From: an uncultured Gemmatimonadales bacterium
GTDB taxonomy: Bacteria; Gemmatimonadota; Gemmatimonadetes; Gemmatimonadales; GWC2-71-9
DNA: 64,000 nucleotides
Assembly: GCA_963748815.1 (NCBI GenBank)
Contig: CAVVKJ010000008.1
Coordinates: forward strand, 96,001 to 160,000
Reading direction: 5' to 3'
The notes under the pieces were generated by a model. The model was not told the origin of the DNA, made no database searches, and worked only from the letters and a program-made list of their open reading frames with translations. This document shows, in pieces, positions 60,329-64,000 of the stretch. The position numbers were made by a program, and so were the translations under genes. How positions within the stretch are numbered: the stretch's first letter is position 1; each line of letters opens with the position of its first letter.

Positions 60329-62289
60329 TGGCGACTGGCAGTCACCCCGTGGCGCGCCGCTGGCCGCGCGCGCTCAGCATCCGGACGCTCTTCCTGCTGC
60401 TCGTGAGCATGGTGGGGCTCTACGTCCTGGGTGTCTCGATCTTCCTCGCGGCGCGGATGCACCCCGGCGCGGTACTCCTCCGCCGGGACACCGAACCGGT
60501 GGTCGAGCTGTTCGGCGTCCTCAACGGCCGTTCCCAGCGACTCGAAGCGGAGGTGCGCGACCTGCAGGGGCTGGTGGCGCTCGGGCCGCCGGGGTACCCC
60601 GCCTCACTGACCCGACTGCGGGAGCAGCTCACCGAGGCGCCGGACGAGCGCAGCACGCGCGCCTTCACCGCCGTGCCGGAGGCCATGCGCACCGCGATGG
60701 CGACCGCCGACGAGGCGATCGCACACCTGGAGACGGCGGCGCTCGAAGTGGTGAGCCTCCTGGAGCTGGGCCGCTATGAGGCGGCCGCCGCCCGGATGAT
60801 GGCGGTCAACGCCCTCGTGGGCGAGATGAACCGGCACCTGGCCGAGGCGGAACGGCGCGGACTCTCCGACCTGGTGCGTCGGGAGGACGAACTTTCGCGC
60901 GCCACCGGCCAGGCGTTGCGGGCGGTGATCGTCTGGCTCGCCATCGGACTCTTCTTCCTGCCGATGGTGCTGCTGTTGGCGTATCGCCGGCTCGGGGCGC
61001 CACTGCGGGACCTCGAGGCGGGGCTGGCCCAGGTGGCCGAGGGAGACCTCCACGCCCAGGTGCCGGTCCGGCACGCCGACGAAATTGGCCGGCTCGCCGA
61101 CCACTTCAACCACATGACGTCGGTGCTTCGGGAGCGGGCGGAGGAGCAGGGGCGCTTCGCCGCCGCGGGGGAACTCATCGCGGGGGTGGCCCACGAGGTC
61201 AATAACCCGTTGATGGCCATCTCCGCCATTGCCCAGCAGCGGTTGGAGGACAACGACCTGCGCGCCGACGACCGGCAGGACCTGGTGCAGATTCTCCGGC
61301 AGTCCCGGCGCGCGGGCAAGCTGCTCTCCGGCCTCCTTCGGTTTGCGCGGAGCGGGAGCGAGCCGCGCGCGGAAACCGCCAACCTCGGCAAGGTCCTCCG
61401 CGAAGCCATCGACCTCGTGTCGTACCAGTTCGGCGTCGCCGAGATCACCCTCGACGCCGGCATCGCGGCCGAGTTGCCGAGGGTGTACGGCGATCCCGCC
61501 CGCCTCGAGCAGGTCTTCGTCAACCTGTTGAGCAACGCGATTCACGCTGTGCGGCAGGTGCCGCCGCCGCGGAAGATCGCGATCGCGAGCGGGCAGGACG
61601 CGGACGGCGTCTGGCTGACCCTCTCCGACAACGGTCCCGGCATCCCGACCACCGTCCATCGGCGGCTCTTCCGCCCGTTCGTCACCACCAAGGGGCGCCA
61701 GGGGACGGGGCTGGGGCTCTACATCTCGCGGCAAATCGTCCGCGACGCCGGGGGGGAGATCGAGGCGGATGCCGCACCGGAGGGGGGCGCGCGGTTCCGG
61801 ATCCGGTTGCGGCCCGCGGAGGATGGCGACTGGCTCATTACTCCGCGCGACCAGGTCCGCCCCGGCATCCCGGCCACGCTGCTGGGTGTGCGCGTGCTGG
61901 TGGTGGACGACGAGGCGGCGCTGCGGCGGCCGATCGCGCGGTTCCTGGCCCGTCGGGGGGCGGCGGTGGAGGAGGCGGGCGATGGGGTGGAGGCGCTGGA
62001 ACGGATTGCGGCGATGGACGGGAAGTTGGACGTCCTGCTCGCCGACCTGCGGATGCCAAGGATGGACGGCGTGGCGTTGCACGCCGAGCTGCGAAACCGC
62101 TATCCCGCGCTCGCCGACCGGGTGGTGTTCCTCTCCGGCGACCTTTCCCACCTGACGAGCGGCTCGCACACCATGCGCGCGGGGGAAAGCACCATTTCCG
62201 CCGACCGCATCCTGCTCAAGCCGGTGTCGCTGGAGGAGGTGGAGGCGCGCCTTCTCCAGGTGGTGCAGCAGGCGCCACCGGCGGGCTGA
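60328..62289 (+). CDS. Hybrid sensor histidine kinase (2 TM, HAMP, HisKA, HATPase, REC)
   Basis: AHEVNNPL, NLLSNA, DNGPGI, PFVTTK, GTGLGL; C-terminal VDDE/DLRMP; TAATG coupling to the SBP gene. Confidence 0.95.
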   Translation: MATGSHPVARRWPRALSIRTLFLLLVSMVGLYVLGVSIFLAARMHPGAVLLRRDTEPVVELFGVLNGRSQRLEAEVRDLQGLVALGPPGYPASLTRLREQLTEAPDERSTRAFTAVPEAMRTAMATADEAIAHLETAALEVVSLLELGRYEAAAARMMAVNALVGEMNRHLAEAERRGLSDLVRREDELSRATGQALRAVIVWLAIGLFFLPMVLLLAYRRLGAPLRDLEAGLAQVAEGDLHAQVPVRHADEIGRLADHFNHMTSVLRERAEEQGRFAAAGELIAGVAHEVNNPLMAISAIAQQRLEDNDLRADDRQDLVQILRQSRRAGKLLSGLLRFARSGSEPRAETANLGKVLREAIDLVSYQFGVAEITLDAGIAAELPRVYGDPARLEQVFVNLLSNAIHAVRQVPPPRKIAIASGQDADGVWLTLSDNGPGIPTTVHRRLFRPFVTTKGRQGTGLGLYISRQIVRDAGGEIEADAAPEGGARFRIRLRPAEDGDWLITPRDQVRPGIPATLLGVRVLVVDDEAALRRPIARFLARRGAAVEEAGDGVEALERIAAMDGKLDVLLADLRMPRMDGVALHAELRNRYPALADRVVFLSGDLSHLTSGSHTMRAGESTISADRILLKPVSLEEVEARLLQVVQQAPPAG

Positions 62290-63868
62290 GGGGCCGCCAG
62301 GCGGCCAACTCGTTTCTCATCCGATTCTCGTCCCAGTCCAGCTCCCGCCCCAGGAGAGCCGCGACCCTCGGCGCCGCCTGTGCGCCGTGGTCGGTGGTCT
62401 CGTAGTGAAGGTGGATCCGGCGCACCAGCACATCGTCAATGCGGGTCGCCAGCTCCCGCCGCGCGTGGTGGACGACTTCCGCCTCGATGGCCGGGTGGTC
62501 GGGATGCAGGCGCGCCAGGAGTCCCCGTTCGAGGCGGCCCAGGTTGCAGATCGCCGCGGCCTCCGTGCCGTAGTGCGACAGCAGGTGGGCCGCCGTTTCC
62601 TCGCCAAGTCCGAGGTCGAGCACGGTCTGTCGCATCGGTTCGAGGTCGGCGGCCTCTCCTCCCGGGAGCGGCTCGGTGTCGGTCGGGGCGGCGGCGGGTC
62701 GCGGCCGTCCCTCGCGTCGCGTGAGCTCCGCCACCACCTCGTCCACGAGCTCCGCGGCCATGGAGCGGTAGGTCGTCAGCTTGCCCCCCGCGATGGTGAG
62801 CATTCCCGCCGGGCCCCGTCGGATGATGTGTTCCCGGCTCACCGAGGAGGCGGTACCTGGCTCCCCGGTCGCAAGCAGCGCGCGGACGCCGGCCCAGCGC
62901 GAGACGACGTCGTCTTCGGTCAGGTGCGCCTGGGGGAAACAGGCGTTGGCCGAGCGGAGGAGGTAGTGCACATCGGCCTCGCTCGGCGTCGCAGCCTCCG
63001 GCGGGCCTGGTTCGTCGGTGTCGGTGGTGCCGATGTAGGAGAATTCGCCCCAGGGGAGGACGAACATCACCCGGCCGTCGATCGGACTCGTCAGGGTAAC
63101 GGCGTCGGTGTGGCCCAGCCGCTCGCGGCGGACCATAACGTGCGCCCCGCGAGTGCGTCGGAGGATCGGCCGGGCGGCGGGGTCCTCGAGCCGACGGAGG
63201 CCGTCGGTCCAGGGGCCGGTGGCGTTGACGACGACGGCCGCCCGCACCTGCGCCTGGCGCATGAACTCGTCCTCGACGATCGCCCCGCGCACCGCGCCGC
63301 CGCTCCGCTCGAGGCCGATCACGCGGGTGTAGGTCGCCACATCGGCGCCGTGCAGCATCGCCGAGCGGGCCGTGGCGATCACCAGGCGGGCATCGTCGCA
63401 CTGGGCGTCAAAGTACCGGGCGCCGCCGACGAGCCCCCGCTCGCGCAGCATCGGCTCCCGGGCGAGCAGGGCACGCTTGCCGAGGATGCGGTGTCGGCGC
63501 ACATTCCGGAGCGGGGCCAGCAGGTCGTAGAGCAGCATCCCGGCGGCCAGCTTCCAGAGCGGCACCCGGTCGCCCTTGTGCACGGGAAATACGAAGGGCA
63601 GCGGGCGCACGAGGTGGGGCGCAATCGTGAGGAGCGTCCGGCGCTCTCGCGTGGCCTCCCGCACCAGGTGAAATTGCCCCTGTTCGAGGTAGCGCAGGCC
63701 GCCGTGGATCAGGCGGCTGGACAGCGAGCTGGTTCCCGAGGCGAGATCCCGGGCTTCGATCAGTGCCGTGCGGTAGCCCCGCATGGCGGCGTCCCGGGCG
63801 ATTCCCGCGCCGGTGATGCCACCTCCGATGACGAGCAGGTCGTATGGCCGTGCCGTTAGCCGGTCCAA
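62216..63868 (-). CDS. glpD: FAD-dependent glycerol-3-phosphate dehydrogenase (start uncertain)
   Basis: DLLVIGGGITGAGIARDAA.RG, GTSSLSSRLIHGGLRYLE, VVNATGPW and GGKLTTYR. Confidence 0.94.
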   Translation of the reverse strand: MDRLTARPYDLLVIGGGITGAGIARDAAMRGYRTALIEARDLASGTSSLSSRLIHGGLRYLEQGQFHLVREATRERRTLLTIAPHLVRPLPFVFPVHKGDRVPLWKLAAGMLLYDLLAPLRNVRRHRILGKRALLAREPMLRERGLVGGARYFDAQCDDARLVIATARSAMLHGADVATYTRVIGLERSGGAVRGAIVEDEFMRQAQVRAAVVVNATGPWTDGLRRLEDPAARPILRRTRGAHVMVRRERLGHTDAVTLTSPIDGRVMFVLPWGEFSYIGTTDTDEPGPPEAATPSEADVHYLLRSANACFPQAHLTEDDVVSRWAGVRALLATGEPGTASSVSREHIIRRGPAGMLTIAGGKLTTYRSMAAELVDEVVAELTRREGRPRPAAAPTDTEPLPGGEAADLEPMRQTVLDLGLGEETAAHLLSHYGTEAAAICNLGRLERGLLARLHPDHPAIEAEVVHHARRELATRIDDVLVRRIHLHYETTDHGAQAAPRVAALLGRELDWDENRMRNELAAWRPLSPPVAPAAPPGEGAPPPPPATPA

Positions 63869-63902
63869 TGTCGCACAGCGGAAGGAAACGTTACGAGTGT
63901 CC

Positions 63903-64000
63903 ATGGCTTCCGAAGGGCGGCTGGTCCTGCCCAGTACCTGGTTCACGTGGCACGATTACCTCATTCGTCCGGGAATGCGCGTCCTGGATCTCGCGTGTGG
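63903..64000 (+). CDS. Class I SAM-dependent methyltransferase, N-terminus only (runs off the window)
   Basis: Translates as MASEGRLVLPSTWFTWHDYLIRPGMRVLDLACG (motif I). Confidence 0.65.
   Translation, partial: MASEGRLVLPSTWFTWHDYLIRPGMRVLDLAC

Overview
High-GC bacterial chromosomal window. Gene content (futalosine-pathway MqnD, fused Kgd-type 2-oxoglutarate dehydrogenase, several lineage-type hypotheticals) suggests Gemmatimonadota; this is inference, not a database result. Most of the window is housekeeping, envelope and signalling genes: lepB, bcp, cspA, ogt, lemA-htpX, mqnD, gluQ, two tandem gltP-type symporters, tal, tkt, kgd/sucA and glpD. Five things stand out. (1) An ORF-free, roughly 350-nt, highly structured RNA candidate at about 14260-14620. 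It has its own sigma70-like promoter, a possible kissing-loop pseudoknot and a 16-bp terminator, and is preceded by a cluster of DnaA-box-like sites. (2) A tRNA-Cys integration site whose 3' end and terminator recur in degenerate form at about 41845 and 45171. These copies delimit two accreted modules: a B12-photoreceptor (CarH)-controlled carotenoid/UV-repair module and a small stress/detox module. (3) 11-bp-periodic CarH-type operator repeats over both the crt promoter and a perfect TTGACA-N17-TATAAT promoter of a DUF4397-like lipoprotein gene. (4) Two independent pairs of a LivJ-type binding lipoprotein coupled to a signalling receptor, with no transporter genes. (5) G-quadruplex-forming octamer repeats placed at the stop codons of convergent genes. 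Many genes between about 28.6 and 49 kb carry frameshifts, which may be sequencing indels rather than true pseudogenes. No CRISPR array, rRNA, integrase or transposase was seen.
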